Shown one piece after another: positions 24,039 to 32,000 of a stretch of DNA of 32,000 bases. The stretch lies in assembly GCF_000022265.1 (NCBI RefSeq), contig NC_011979.1, positions 1,920,001-1,952,000 of the forward strand, in the 5' to 3' direction. The translations under genes were made by a program, and so were the position numbers. The notes below the pieces were generated by a model, which was not told the DNA's origin, searched no databases, and worked only from the letters and a program-made list of their open reading frames with translations. The stretch comes from Geotalea daltonii FRC-32 (GTDB lineage: Bacteria > Desulfobacterota > Desulfuromonadia > Geobacterales > Geobacteraceae). How positions within the stretch are numbered: position 1 is the first letter of the stretch; every line of letters starts with the position of its first letter.

Positions 24039-24203
24039 AGGAGTCTGTCGGACTTAGGGATCGAAGCGAGAGAATGGAAAATCGAGGACGGATATTGGAA
24101 ATTTGAGAGCGAATAGTGGACCTATTTGTCGAAAATTTACGGAGATCCGGACCGATTTGCCATTTTCGCAGCCGATTCATTCTAAGTCCGACAGACTCCT
24201 AGG
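24036..24203. repeat. 168-bp MITE-like palindromic element with perfect 22-bp terminal inverted repeats
   Basis: cctaggagtctgtcggacttag (24036-24057) is the exact reverse complement of ctaagtccgacagactcctagg (24182-24203). The interior also pairs imperfectly, for example gaatggaaaatcg with cgatttgccattt. The termini can alternatively be read as a CTAG target duplication. Confidence 0.6.
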
Positions 24204-24207
24204 TGAA

Positions 24208-24489
24208 TCAGACGGAAATTACTTCTTTAACTCCCGGCACTTTTTCTTTCAGGGTTCTTTCAATACCCATCTTGAGGGTCATGGTGGACATGGGGCAATG
24301 GCCGCATGCTCCCACCAGTTTAACTTTGACGACGCCGTCTTCACCGACCTCGACCAATTCAACATCACCGCCATCCGCCTGCAGATTAGGGCGGATTGTA
24401 TCGAGCACTTTTTTTACATCTTCGATCATTTCGTCTTCTCCTTTTATTTTGCGTTGCTTGTCATTATAGAACGTATTGCTCTCGTTCAT
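24208..24489 (-). CDS. NifU C-terminal-domain (Nfu-type) Fe-S cluster scaffold/carrier protein
   Basis: The sequence reads [44 protein letters not shown], with the conserved CxxC. The ATG at 24487-24489 shares one base with the aspA stop. An internal start at MIEDV is also possible. Confidence 0.8.
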   Translation of the reverse strand: MNESNTFYNDKQRKIKGEDEMIEDVKKVLDTIRPNLQADGGDVELVEVGEDGVVKVKLVGACGHCPMSTMTLKMGIERTLKEKVPGVKEVISV

Positions 24490-25889
24490 CAAGCCTTTCC
24501 AGGTACTCCCGGATTGGTGAGTGGATACGGAGCCAGGATCTGCGCGAGTTCTTCCGGTGACAGGAGGTTCCGGGAAAGAATTACCTCTTTTATGCTCTGT
24601 CCGCTTCTCATGGATTCCTTGGCCACTTCCGCTGCCGCAGCGTAACCCACATATGGGGCAAGCACCGTTGCCAGACCCACCGACTCTTCCAGAAACCGGC
24701 TGCAGCGGTTTTCGTTGGCGGTGATGCCCAGGATGCAGTTTTCTCTGAATTTGGCGATGGTGTTTTTCAGGATCTCCAGGGAAAAAAGGAGGTTGTAGGC
24801 GATAACCGGCATCATTACATTCAGTTCCATCTGTCCTGCCTGGGCGGCCAGGGTGATGGTGGTATCGGCGCCGATTACCTGGAAAGCTACCATGTCGGTC
24901 ACTTCAGCCATTACCGGGTTGATCTTGCCCGGCATGATCGACGAGCCCGGTTGCAGCGGAGGAAGATTGATCTCGTTGAAGCCGGTCCTGGGCCCTGAGG
25001 AGAGCAGGCGCAGGTCGTTGGCGATTCTGATCAGGTTGACGGCAAGCCCCTTGAGGGCTGAACTGAGGACAACGAAGGGGTCCATGTTCTGGGTCGATTC
25101 TATCAGGTTACCGGCATTCATCACCGGCAGGCCCGTTTCCCTGGCAATTTCCTCCACCACCAGTTCTATGTAGCGCGGTTCCGCATTGAGACCGGTGCCC
25201 ACAGCGGTCCCGCCGAGACCCAGCTTGCTCAGGTCCGGCAGGCATCGATCAAGGCCGGCCACGTTCTTATCCATGGCAACGGCATAGGCCTCGAATTCCT
25301 GGCCGAGGCGGATCGGCACAGCGTCTTGCAGGTGGGTGCGCCCGGACTTGAGAATATGGTCGAACTCTCGCCCTTTTGCGGCCAGAGCATCGCGCAGCTG
25401 CTCCAGTTCATGGCGAAGGAGGGCTACCATTTGCAGGGAAGCGAGGCGCATGGCAGTGGGAAACACATCATTGGTGGACTGGGCCATGTTCACATGATCG
25501 TTGGCGTTGACCTGTTCGTAACTGCCGATCGGGCAGCCGAGAAGCTCATTGGCACGGTTGGCAAGAACTTCATTGGCATTCATGTTGTGGGAGGTGCCGG
25601 CACCCGCCTGAAAAGGGTCGACGACGAAATCCCCGGCAAATGCACCGGCCAGGGCCTCGTCCGCCGCCTGAATGATGGCCGTGGCAATCTTTTCATCCAG
25701 ACGGCCTGTGGCCATGTTTGCCTTTGCCGCGCATTTCTTGATGATTAGCGTTGCCCGGAGCAGAGCTGGGTGGGGCTTCAGGCCGGAAATGGGGAAATTG
25801 GCCACGGCACGGGCCGTCTGGGCGCCGTAATATGCCCCGGCCGGGACCTGGACTGTGCCGAGAGTATCTTTTTCCTGACGGTTTACCAT
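24489..25889 (-). CDS. aspA: Aspartate ammonia-lyase (class II fumarase/aspartase family)
   Basis: The family signature [11 protein letters not shown] is present. [20 protein letters not shown] and PVMAEV fit aspartase better than FumC (QTGSGTQ, PTQCE). Confidence 0.8.
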   Translation of the reverse strand: MVNRQEKDTLGTVQVPAGAYYGAQTARAVANFPISGLKPHPALLRATLIIKKCAAKANMATGRLDEKIATAIIQAADEALAGAFAGDFVVDPFQAGAGTSHNMNANEVLANRANELLGCPIGSYEQVNANDHVNMAQSTNDVFPTAMRLASLQMVALLRHELEQLRDALAAKGREFDHILKSGRTHLQDAVPIRLGQEFEAYAVAMDKNVAGLDRCLPDLSKLGLGGTAVGTGLNAEPRYIELVVEEIARETGLPVMNAGNLIESTQNMDPFVVLSSALKGLAVNLIRIANDLRLLSSGPRTGFNEINLPPLQPGSSIMPGKINPVMAEVTDMVAFQVIGADTTITLAAQAGQMELNVMMPVIAYNLLFSLEILKNTIAKFRENCILGITANENRCSRFLEESVGLATVLAPYVGYAAAAEVAKESMRSGQSIKEVILSRNLLSPEELAQILAPYPLTNPGVPGKA

Positions 25890-25940
25890 TAGTTTACCTT
25901 TTACCTTCTACCGTCTGCCGGCCGATTACCTTCCTGCTGC

Positions 25941-26579
25941 TCACAGATTGTCCTTCGCCAGAAATTTGGCCAGTGAAAGCAGCTCGATGACGCTGCTGAC
26001 GAGAAAGACGGCGCTGCCCATGCCCGCTGGAATGCGCAGGTCAACATCATAGCGGTCGCCGATAAAAAGGCACTCGCTGGGATCTCTCCCGATCTGCCTG
26101 AAGATATGTTCCAGGGCTTCCGGGTCAGGTTTTGGCCGCCAGTCATCTTCGATGGTAAAGACCCTGGTGAACAGACCCTTTACCCCGATCAGCTCCATGA
26201 TGCTGTTTGAGAGGCGCAGGTTGTTGTTGGTGTAGATATACATCTCGAACTTGTTGGCGAGCCCCTTCAGCATTTCCCCTACCCGACGGTCCCGGGATAG
26301 GAAGTCATCCGGGGTGATCTCCTCGGAGAAGCGGTTGTGAAGGGTTCGCAGATCGCCGCCCAGGGCGAGAATGGTGTGGCTCAATGTGGAATCCAGCCCG
26401 GTGGCCCGGGAAAGGTCCCGTCTCGTCTGGTTTATCAATTCAGCGGCTTCGTCGTTGGTGATGCTTTTCAAATCGGAGACATATCTGCAGGCGGCACGTG
26501 ATATTTCCATGCCCAAGTCGTTGTTGACATAGAGGGTCCCGTCCAGATCGAAGATCAGGGCTTTGATATCGCTTTGCAC
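25941..26579 (-). CDS. HAD-superfamily hydrolase (phosphatase/nucleotidase-like)
   Basis: Motif I is FDLDGTLY, the motif II region is YTNN, and motif IV is GDRYDVD. Confidence 0.75.
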   Translation of the reverse strand: MQSDIKALIFDLDGTLYVNNDLGMEISRAACRYVSDLKSITNDEAAELINQTRRDLSRATGLDSTLSHTILALGGDLRTLHNRFSEEITPDDFLSRDRRVGEMLKGLANKFEMYIYTNNNLRLSNSIMELIGVKGLFTRVFTIEDDWRPKPDPEALEHIFRQIGRDPSECLFIGDRYDVDLRIPAGMGSAVFLVSSVIELLSLAKFLAKDNL

Positions 26580-26673
26580 GTGTGGTTGTTTCCTTTCTTC
26601 CGGCTGTATGTCTGCCCAATGCCATCAGCAGCTGATTTTCAGACTAAAAGTCTAGCAACCGGATGCCGCACTG

Positions 26674-27822
26674 TCAAAATTTTCCCCAGTCTCTCATGCA
26701 CAAAAGACGCGGATCTTCAACTTCCTTTGCCTGGATGAGGACGCGAAAGGTGTCACCCATGCCGCCATCCGGCAGCATGAGCTTTTTAAGCGCCAGGCGG
26801 GTCTTCAAAAGTTCCGTTTCCGTTGCCCCGCTCTTTTCCAGGGCGAGCATCTCCTCCATCAGCCCCGCTCCCAGCAAAAAACGGTACTGTTCGCCGAACC
26901 AGGCCCTGTGCAGCCCGCATTTCACTCCTTCCCTGATAAGCGCGGTGAAGTTGACGTGGCTGGTTATGTCCTGGGCTCCGACGCGGGTGTATGGATCTTC
27001 GCAGGTGGTGTGCTGATAATAGCAAAGCAAGGTGCCGTTCTTGCGCATGGGGGCATAAAGCTCATCCGCTTCATAGCCATAATCGATGGTCAAGACAAAG
27101 CCCTTTTCCAGGGTATCTGCCACCGACCTCAGCCAGCCCGTAGCGGCAAGATTTATTTCCCCCCGCTGTCCGGCAAGAAGAGTCACGCCGTTTTCTTTCA
27201 GATAATCGGCCAGAGCCGGCGTGGACGGTTCATCGAGCATCTCGCCGAACTCGCCGTCAATTGCCGTCACATAAACTTCCATCAGTCCGGCGGGAGTCAT
27301 CTCCACCAGGTGCACCGGCATGGCATCGATCAGCTCGTTAGAGAGCACGCAGCCCGAAAAGTGCAGTCTGCCTGCGGCAAGATCCTCCGGTGCCGACCAG
27401 CTGAGGCGGGCAAGATGCCGGGTAAGTTTTTCCTGCTGGGCCTCTTTGAGAGTCGGTTCTTTTTCAATCAAGCGATAGGTCAGGACGTCGTAGAAGGAGC
27501 GGTTTGTCTCGGCGATGGTATCCAGGATATCCCTGGCCAGCTGTCCTCCCCCTGCTCCAGCTTCGGCGATGGTGAAACTTTCCGGCGAGCCGAGTATCTC
27601 CCACATCCGGGAGATCTCCCTGGCAATGAGCCGGCCGAACATGAGATGCACGTTCATGCTGGTGTAGAAATCGCCCTCCGCGCCCACTTTCCGCCCGGGA
27701 GAGGTGTAATAGCCGAGCCCCGGCTCATAGAGGCAGGCAGCCATGAAATCGGCGAAGGTGAGCCGTCCTGCCTTCCATATCCTCTCAAGGAGAATATCTT
27801 TTAAAGCTGGTGTACTTTCCAT
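26674..27822 (-). CDS. SAM-dependent methyltransferase, MidA/NDUFAF7 (DUF185) family
   Basis: FADFMAACLYEPGLGYYTS and GDFYTS are present, together with the SAM motif EAGAGGGQLARDIL. The start is set at ATG 27822 behind a GGAG RBS; the track start at 27855 is a TTG. Confidence 0.7.
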   Translation of the reverse strand: MESTPALKDILLERIWKAGRLTFADFMAACLYEPGLGYYTSPGRKVGAEGDFYTSMNVHLMFGRLIAREISRMWEILGSPESFTIAEAGAGGGQLARDILDTIAETNRSFYDVLTYRLIEKEPTLKEAQQEKLTRHLARLSWSAPEDLAAGRLHFSGCVLSNELIDAMPVHLVEMTPAGLMEVYVTAIDGEFGEMLDEPSTPALADYLKENGVTLLAGQRGEINLAATGWLRSVADTLEKGFVLTIDYGYEADELYAPMRKNGTLLCYYQHTTCEDPYTRVGAQDITSHVNFTALIREGVKCGLHRAWFGEQYRFLLGAGLMEEMLALEKSGATETELLKTRLALKKLMLPDGGMGDTFRVLIQAKEVEDPRLLCMRDWGKF

Positions 27823-27893
27823 CGGATCTCCAGAAAATGTAACTTTATAAAACAAGGGCTTTCAAATGTCAACGTGACAACCCCTGGCCGGAA

Positions 27894-28904
27894 TCAGGGG
27901 TAGGAGGGACTACACCCATAGATGCCGGTCATTTCCATTGCGATGGCCTTCAATTCTTCCCGCAGGTCGGACGGTTCCAGGACCTCCGCATGACGGCCGT
28001 AGGAGAGGATCCAGGCGATCATCTCCATCCTTCCTCCTGCCGTAAATGAGAGTACGATGCTGCCATCCTGCTCTTGGCGGATCGTTTGCGTCGGGTGCCA
28101 GATCCGGTCGCTGATGGTATGGGCAATGGTGGGGGAAAAGCGGATGCTGACCGCCATCGGTGTTTCTTCCACCATGCCGAATGCCGATTTGAACTGGTCC
28201 TCCGGGCGGAATTCCTCCGGCATCTCGAAGCGTTCCTTCGTCACTTGGACTTTTTTTATCCGTTCAGCAGCGAAGGTGCGGATTGCCCGGCGGTTGTGGG
28301 CATAGCCCAGCAGGTAGAGCCCTCCCTTGTTGTAGATGAGAGTGTAGGGATCGACCTGGTATTCCTCGGCAGATTTTTTGGTGGGGGGGCCATAGGTGAT
28401 GGTCAAACGATACTGGTAGAGAAGAGCGTCGCGGATGGTTTTCAATTGTTCGGCGACACCGCTGTAGTCGCGTGCCCCCTGCAAGAGCGGCAGGGACACC
28501 CGGGCTATGCGGTCCATATGGGCGGCATAGCGTGGGGGGAGAACCGAGTTGACCTTGTGAAAGATGGCATCCATGTCTTCGTGGAAGGACGTGCCCTTGA
28601 GAATGTCAAGCTGGGAACGGAGGAAGGAGAGGGTCATCAGTTCCTGGAGAGTGAAGTTGATGGGGGGAACATCCTTGAAGCGGGTGAGGAAGCGGTAGGT
28701 CTTCGAGCCGTTGACCCAGTCGGAGACCAGCGGGTAGCCGGCCTCCTGGATAGCGTTCAGGTCCCGGTGGATGGTGCGGCGGTTGACTCCCCCTTCTTCG
28801 GCCAGTTCTTCTATGGTGATGCCATGGCGGGCCTCGATCAGCCGGATGATGTCATGGAGCCGTCCGGCCTGGGAATACTTCTTTGCCGGTTTACCCTTCT
28901 GCAT
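27894..28904 (-). CDS. HTH-WYL-domain transcriptional regulator
   Basis: The N-terminal winged HTH reads RLHDIIRLIEARHGITIEELAEEGGVNRRTIHRDLNAIQEAGYPL. The central WYL domain reads VDPYTLIYNKGGLYLLGYAHNRRAIRTFAAERI. The start is ATG 28904 behind AGGAG, 10 nt after the helicase stop. Confidence 0.8.
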   Translation of the reverse strand: MQKGKPAKKYSQAGRLHDIIRLIEARHGITIEELAEEGGVNRRTIHRDLNAIQEAGYPLVSDWVNGSKTYRFLTRFKDVPPINFTLQELMTLSFLRSQLDILKGTSFHEDMDAIFHKVNSVLPPRYAAHMDRIARVSLPLLQGARDYSGVAEQLKTIRDALLYQYRLTITYGPPTKKSAEEYQVDPYTLIYNKGGLYLLGYAHNRRAIRTFAAERIKKVQVTKERFEMPEEFRPEDQFKSAFGMVEETPMAVSIRFSPTIAHTISDRIWHPTQTIRQEQDGSIVLSFTAGGRMEMIAWILSYGRHAEVLEPSDLREELKAIAMEMTGIYGCSPSYP

Positions 28905-30261
28905 TTGGCTCCTGTCCCCCTTCACCGGCAGGTTTCTTCCTTTTCGGACGCCGCCGCCTTTTTTTCTTTACCGCTTCTCCCTCTACCGCCACGGTTTCAA
29001 CCGGTTTTTCCACTGTCCTGGCAGGAGCTTTCCCCCCTGATTTGCCGTGGTTTCTACCCTTTGGTTTGGCTGCAGGTTTCGATTCAGGCTTCGGCCGTGG
29101 CTTGGTCCGCTTGTAATCATGGACAAACAGCTCGTCTTCGGCCCATTCAACAGGAATCTTTTCTTTTATGTATTCGTGTATGTCCTCGATGTGGAAAGCA
29201 CCGTCTTCATCGGCCAAGGAGATAGCTTTGCCCTCGGCCCCGGCCCGGGCGGTGCGGCCGATACGGTGGACATAGTCTTCCGCATCCTGGGGCAGGTCGT
29301 AGTTGATGACATGGGAGACCCCGTCGATGTGCAGACCCCGGGAGGCGACGTCAGTGGCGATCATGATGGGAAGCTTGCCGTTTTTAAAGTCCTCCAGAAT
29401 GCGCATTCGCTTGCGCTGCTCCACATCGCCTGAGATGACTCGCGCCGGGAATTCATTGGCGTTGAGCCGGTCGTAAAGATATTCGGCTTCCCGCTTGGTG
29501 TTGACGAAGATCATGGTCCGGTCCATGCCCTTTTTCCTCAAGAGCCCCAACAGCAGCGGGAATTTCTCCTTCCTCGCCACATGGTAGAGAACCTGCTCCA
29601 CCCGCTCCGCCGTCATTTGCTCAGGGGTGACGGCCACCTTTTCCGGCACGTTCATGAACTCGTAGGCCAACTCCATGACCCGCTGGTTGAGGGTCGCCGA
29701 GAACATCAGGTTCTGCCTCGCGTCAAAGGGGGGAAGACGGCGGAGGATGAAGCGCAGGTCGGCAATGAAGCCCATATCGAACATGCGGTCGGCTTCGTCG
29801 ATGACAAGCGCCTCGATGTTCTTGAGGCTGTAGACCTTCTGCTTCAGGTAGTCGATGAGCCGCCCCGGTGTACCGATGACAATATCTACCCCCTCCTTGA
29901 GGGCGTTTTTCTGTTTCATGTAGTCGACGCCGCCATAGATGGCCTGGATGTTGAAGCCCGTATATTTGCCAAGGGCCTGTGCATCCTTTTCGATCTGCAC
30001 CACCAGTTCCCTGGTCGGGGCAAGGATCAGCGCCCGTGGATGGTGTTCGGTGCCGGCTTTTTCCTGGTTCAATAGTCTGGTGAAGAGGGAGATGAGAAAG
30101 GCGGCGGTCTTGCCGGTGCCAGTCTGGGCCTGTCCGGCCACATCTTTTCCCAGAAGAGCCGGAGGCAGGGCTTTTTCCTGGATAGGGGTACAATCGGTGA
30201 AGCCGGTGTCGGCGATGCCCTTCAGCACCTGTTCCGGCAGATTCAAATCGGTGAATTTCAT
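28891..30261 (-). CDS. DEAD-box ATP-dependent RNA helicase (RhlB/RhlE-like) with a basic C-terminal tail
   Basis: The Q motif is GFTDCTPIQ, motif I is AQTGTGKT, DEAD is present, SAT is present, and motif VI is HRIGRTARAG. A Lys/Arg/Pro-rich tail follows. Confidence 0.9.
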   Translation of the reverse strand: MKFTDLNLPEQVLKGIADTGFTDCTPIQEKALPPALLGKDVAGQAQTGTGKTAAFLISLFTRLLNQEKAGTEHHPRALILAPTRELVVQIEKDAQALGKYTGFNIQAIYGGVDYMKQKNALKEGVDIVIGTPGRLIDYLKQKVYSLKNIEALVIDEADRMFDMGFIADLRFILRRLPPFDARQNLMFSATLNQRVMELAYEFMNVPEKVAVTPEQMTAERVEQVLYHVARKEKFPLLLGLLRKKGMDRTMIFVNTKREAEYLYDRLNANEFPARVISGDVEQRKRMRILEDFKNGKLPIMIATDVASRGLHIDGVSHVINYDLPQDAEDYVHRIGRTARAGAEGKAISLADEDGAFHIEDIHEYIKEKIPVEWAEDELFVHDYKRTKPRPKPESKPAAKPKGRNHGKSGGKAPARTVEKPVETVAVEGEAVKKKRRRRPKRKKPAGEGGQEPNAEG

Positions 30262-30304
30262 GGGTTTAATCCTTCTTTTGGTATTTTGCAGTCATCCGGG
30301 CTGG

Positions 30305-30727
30305 TCAGGCCGAAGCGCGGCTCGCGAGGAATTCCTCAGCAGTGCAGACCGTGAGAACCGGCTTCCGGTAATCCTTTATGTTGCGCGTGATCAACCAGGC
30401 GATCTCCTTGCTCAGTGCCGTCTGGTATTGAATGGCATCCTCGAAGTCGTTGAAGCCTGTGTTCAGCGCCAGGCCGATAATCTTGTCATCCACTGCCAGC
30501 ACCGTCACCAGCTGCCGCAGCTTTTTCAGCACCTCTATGGCCTTTGGGGAGGAGAGCTCTTTTCTCAGGATGTAGAAGAGGTTGGCGAAGGTGAGCGACG
30601 ACACGCATGCCTTAATTTCTCCCCTTTCCACGAGAGTGAAGAGCCGTGCAGCAGGCTGATAGAATGGTTCACGGCTGGTTAATATGTCGAGAATGATGTC
30701 CGTATCGACGAAGACGGTTCTTTTCAC
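30305..30727 (-). CDS. vapC: PIN-domain toxin (VapC family)
   Basis: The 140-aa protein has acidic PIN residues in VFVDTDIILD, FNDFEDAIQ and ITRNIKDY. It overlaps the upstream antitoxin gene by 4 bp. Confidence 0.8.
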   Translation of the reverse strand: MKRTVFVDTDIILDILTSREPFYQPAARLFTLVERGEIKACVSSLTFANLFYILRKELSSPKAIEVLKKLRQLVTVLAVDDKIIGLALNTGFNDFEDAIQYQTALSKEIAWLITRNIKDYRKPVLTVCTAEEFLASRASA

Positions 30728-30969
30728 CGGTATTTCTCCGTCAGGTATGCAGCATATTCGTCCTTGCGACGTTTTACCCGGTCCGGTTTTATGAGCCCGG
30801 ACAGTTCGGCCACCAGGGGAGTGATATGCTCCTCATGGGGAACAGAGCGGGTGATCTGCTGCAGATAGTTCTCAACCAGCTTTGACAGACTCTTATGCTG
30901 CTTTCGGGAGAATTCCTTTGCTTGCTCGATGACGTCCTTCTCCAAGCTTAGTGTCAATTTTGCATTCAT
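30724..30969 (-). CDS. Type II antitoxin partner of the PIN toxin
   Basis: The 81-aa ORF has an AAGGAG RBS. The N-terminal LTLSLEKDVIEQAKEFSRKQHKSLSKLVENYL resembles antitoxin DNA-binding modules. Its position and 4-bp overlap with the toxin gene support the pairing. Confidence 0.7.
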   Translation of the reverse strand: MNAKLTLSLEKDVIEQAKEFSRKQHKSLSKLVENYLQQITRSVPHEEHITPLVAELSGLIKPDRVKRRKDEYAAYLTEKYR

Positions 30970-30979
30970 GATAGTACTC

Positions 30980-31030
30980 CTTTACGTATTATTTATCAGA
31001 ATAAATACGTAAAGGCAAGGGTGATTGTAA
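30980..31030 (-). promoter_or_regulatory. Toxin-antitoxin promoter with an overlapping palindromic operator
   Basis: On the minus strand: TTACAA (31025-31030), 17 nt, TATTTA (31002-31007). Perfect 11-bp inverted repeat arms CTTTACGTATT (30980-30990) and AATACGTAAAG (31004-31014) span the -10 to the SD. Confidence 0.5.
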
Positions 31031-31199
31031 GCAAAGCAGTGGTGCTGGCGCGACTACAAGCAAATTCTGGCAAAATTCCACGTTACGCTGTATGTTAACG
31101 TTGTAGTTAAGCCGCATCCGGGCTTCGGTCAGCCATGGATGACCTGGAGAGGCTGAAGGGAATGCTGCTCTAAAAACCAAAAAGATCACGGAAATTGAT

Positions 31200-31832
31200 A
31201 TGACCCAATCCTTCATCCACATCGAATCCCCCAATTACCTGAAAGCCGAAACCCTGGCCAGCCCGGCCGACTGGTCGGCCATCTTCGGCAACGATCGGCC
31301 GCTGGCCCTGGAAATAGGCTGCGGCATCGGCGATTTTATTGTGAAAACCGCCATGGATATGCCGGAAACCAATTTCATCGCCATCGATTATTACAATAAG
31401 GGGTGTTACAAGACCTGCCGCCGCATTGATCTCCACTGGCTGAACAATGTGCGGGTTCTGCGGGAAGAGGCACGGCAGTTTATCGTCGAGCGCATCGCCA
31501 AGGGCTCTTTGTCGGCTGTCTACATCAACTGCCCAGACCCGTGGCCGAAGAAGAAGCACCGTAAACGACGGCTGGTGAACCCCCAGTTCATGGACTTCCT
31601 CCGGGACTACCTGGCTCCTGGGGCAGATTTCTATTTTGCCACTGATTTCGACGACTACGGTATTGACGTGGCGGGGATGCTTCCCGGCGTGGAGGGATTC
31701 GAGAACTGTCTTGCCCCGGACCTTTACCGGCATGAGTTGGAGGGATATCATCTCTCCAAGTACATGCTCAAGTTCATGGGGGAGGGGAAGCGGATCTACT
31801 TCGTGCACTATGGGAAATCAGGTGCCCTTTGA
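31200..31832 (+). CDS. trmB: tRNA (guanine-N7)-methyltransferase
   Basis: [10 protein letters not shown] is the SAM motif, and [16 protein letters not shown] is the TrmB signature. Confidence 0.85.
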   Translation: MTQSFIHIESPNYLKAETLASPADWSAIFGNDRPLALEIGCGIGDFIVKTAMDMPETNFIAIDYYNKGCYKTCRRIDLHWLNNVRVLREEARQFIVERIAKGSLSAVYINCPDPWPKKKHRKRRLVNPQFMDFLRDYLAPGADFYFATDFDDYGIDVAGMLPGVEGFENCLAPDLYRHELEGYHLSKYMLKFMGEGKRIYFVHYGKSGAL

Positions 31833-31856
31833 TCAGGCACCTGTTTGACTACTCTT

Positions 31857-32000
31857 CCTGAAACTGTTCGACAGCTGCCTGCAATCTGCCTATCTGTCTC
31901 CCGAGCTTGTCGAGGGAGTCATTCAGAGTCTGTACCGAACTTAGTTCTTCATCTGTGGCAATGCGGATGTTTTCCACCGCATTTATGATGCGCTCACTTC
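31857..32000 (-). CDS. 3' end of a gene encoding a methyl-accepting-chemotaxis-protein-like C-terminus (partial)
   Basis: My own translation of the minus strand gives ...IINAVENIRIATDEELSSVQTLNDSLDKLGRQIGRLQAAVEQFQEE, with the stop at 31857-31859. This resembles the C-terminal signalling-domain helix of MCPs. Only 47 codons are visible. Confidence 0.35.

Noticed and set aside
28074-29225. A 383-aa + strand ORF
   Set aside because: It is antisense to the WYL regulator and to the DEAD-box helicase tail. It has no motifs.
30989-31808. Minus-strand ORFs 30989..31234 (81 aa) and 31170..31808 (212 aa)
   Set aside because: The first lies in the divergent promoter region and has no RBS. The second is antisense to trmB, which carries the diagnostic [15 protein letters not shown] motif.

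Overview
This window reads as a chromosomal segment from a Geobacter/Desulfuromonadales-like bacterium. That placement is an inference from multihaem cytochromes, a sigma54 enhancer-binding protein, REC-PilZ and overall gene style. I call 27 protein-coding genes, 23 on the minus strand. No rRNA, tRNA or CRISPR array was seen.

Gene content, left to right:
- 1-7133: an extracellular-electron-transfer-type cluster. It holds a large multihaem cytochrome, an NHL beta-propeller lipoprotein, a tetrahaem cytochrome and an NtrC-type sigma54 activator.
- 7526-10704: an HdrD/GlpC-like Fe-S/CCG domain fused to tandem DedA/TVP38 membrane domains, followed by an exported Cys-motif protein.
- 10853-15082: a recO-dnaB-(FabV-like)-(REC-PilZ) operon.
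- 15357-16604: an OprO/P-like porin.
- 16757-22706: an operon of an 868-aa repeat protein, mutS2, folA and a TPR protein.
- 22771-27822: a PLD-type cardiolipin synthase, an Nfu-like protein, aspA, a HAD hydrolase and a MidA-type methyltransferase.
- 27894-32000: a DEAD-box helicase with a WYL regulator, a PIN/antitoxin pair, trmB and a partial MCP-like 3' end.

Most interesting observations:
1. An in-frame TGA separates a signal-peptide/monohaem module from a signal-less 7-haem body, with a SECIS-like hairpin just downstream. This could be selenocysteine, readthrough or a pseudogene.
2. The 868-aa cytoplasmic protein has homologous globular domains at both ends of a very long charged helix. 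The helix includes nine near-identical 45-bp tandem repeats, and the gene is translationally coupled to mutS2.
3. The Fe-S/CCG-DedA fusion sits next to an exported CxxCxxxC protein.
4. A 168-bp MITE-like palindromic element with perfect 22-bp termini lies in a 3' UTR.

All family assignments come from motifs read in the translations. No database search was possible.
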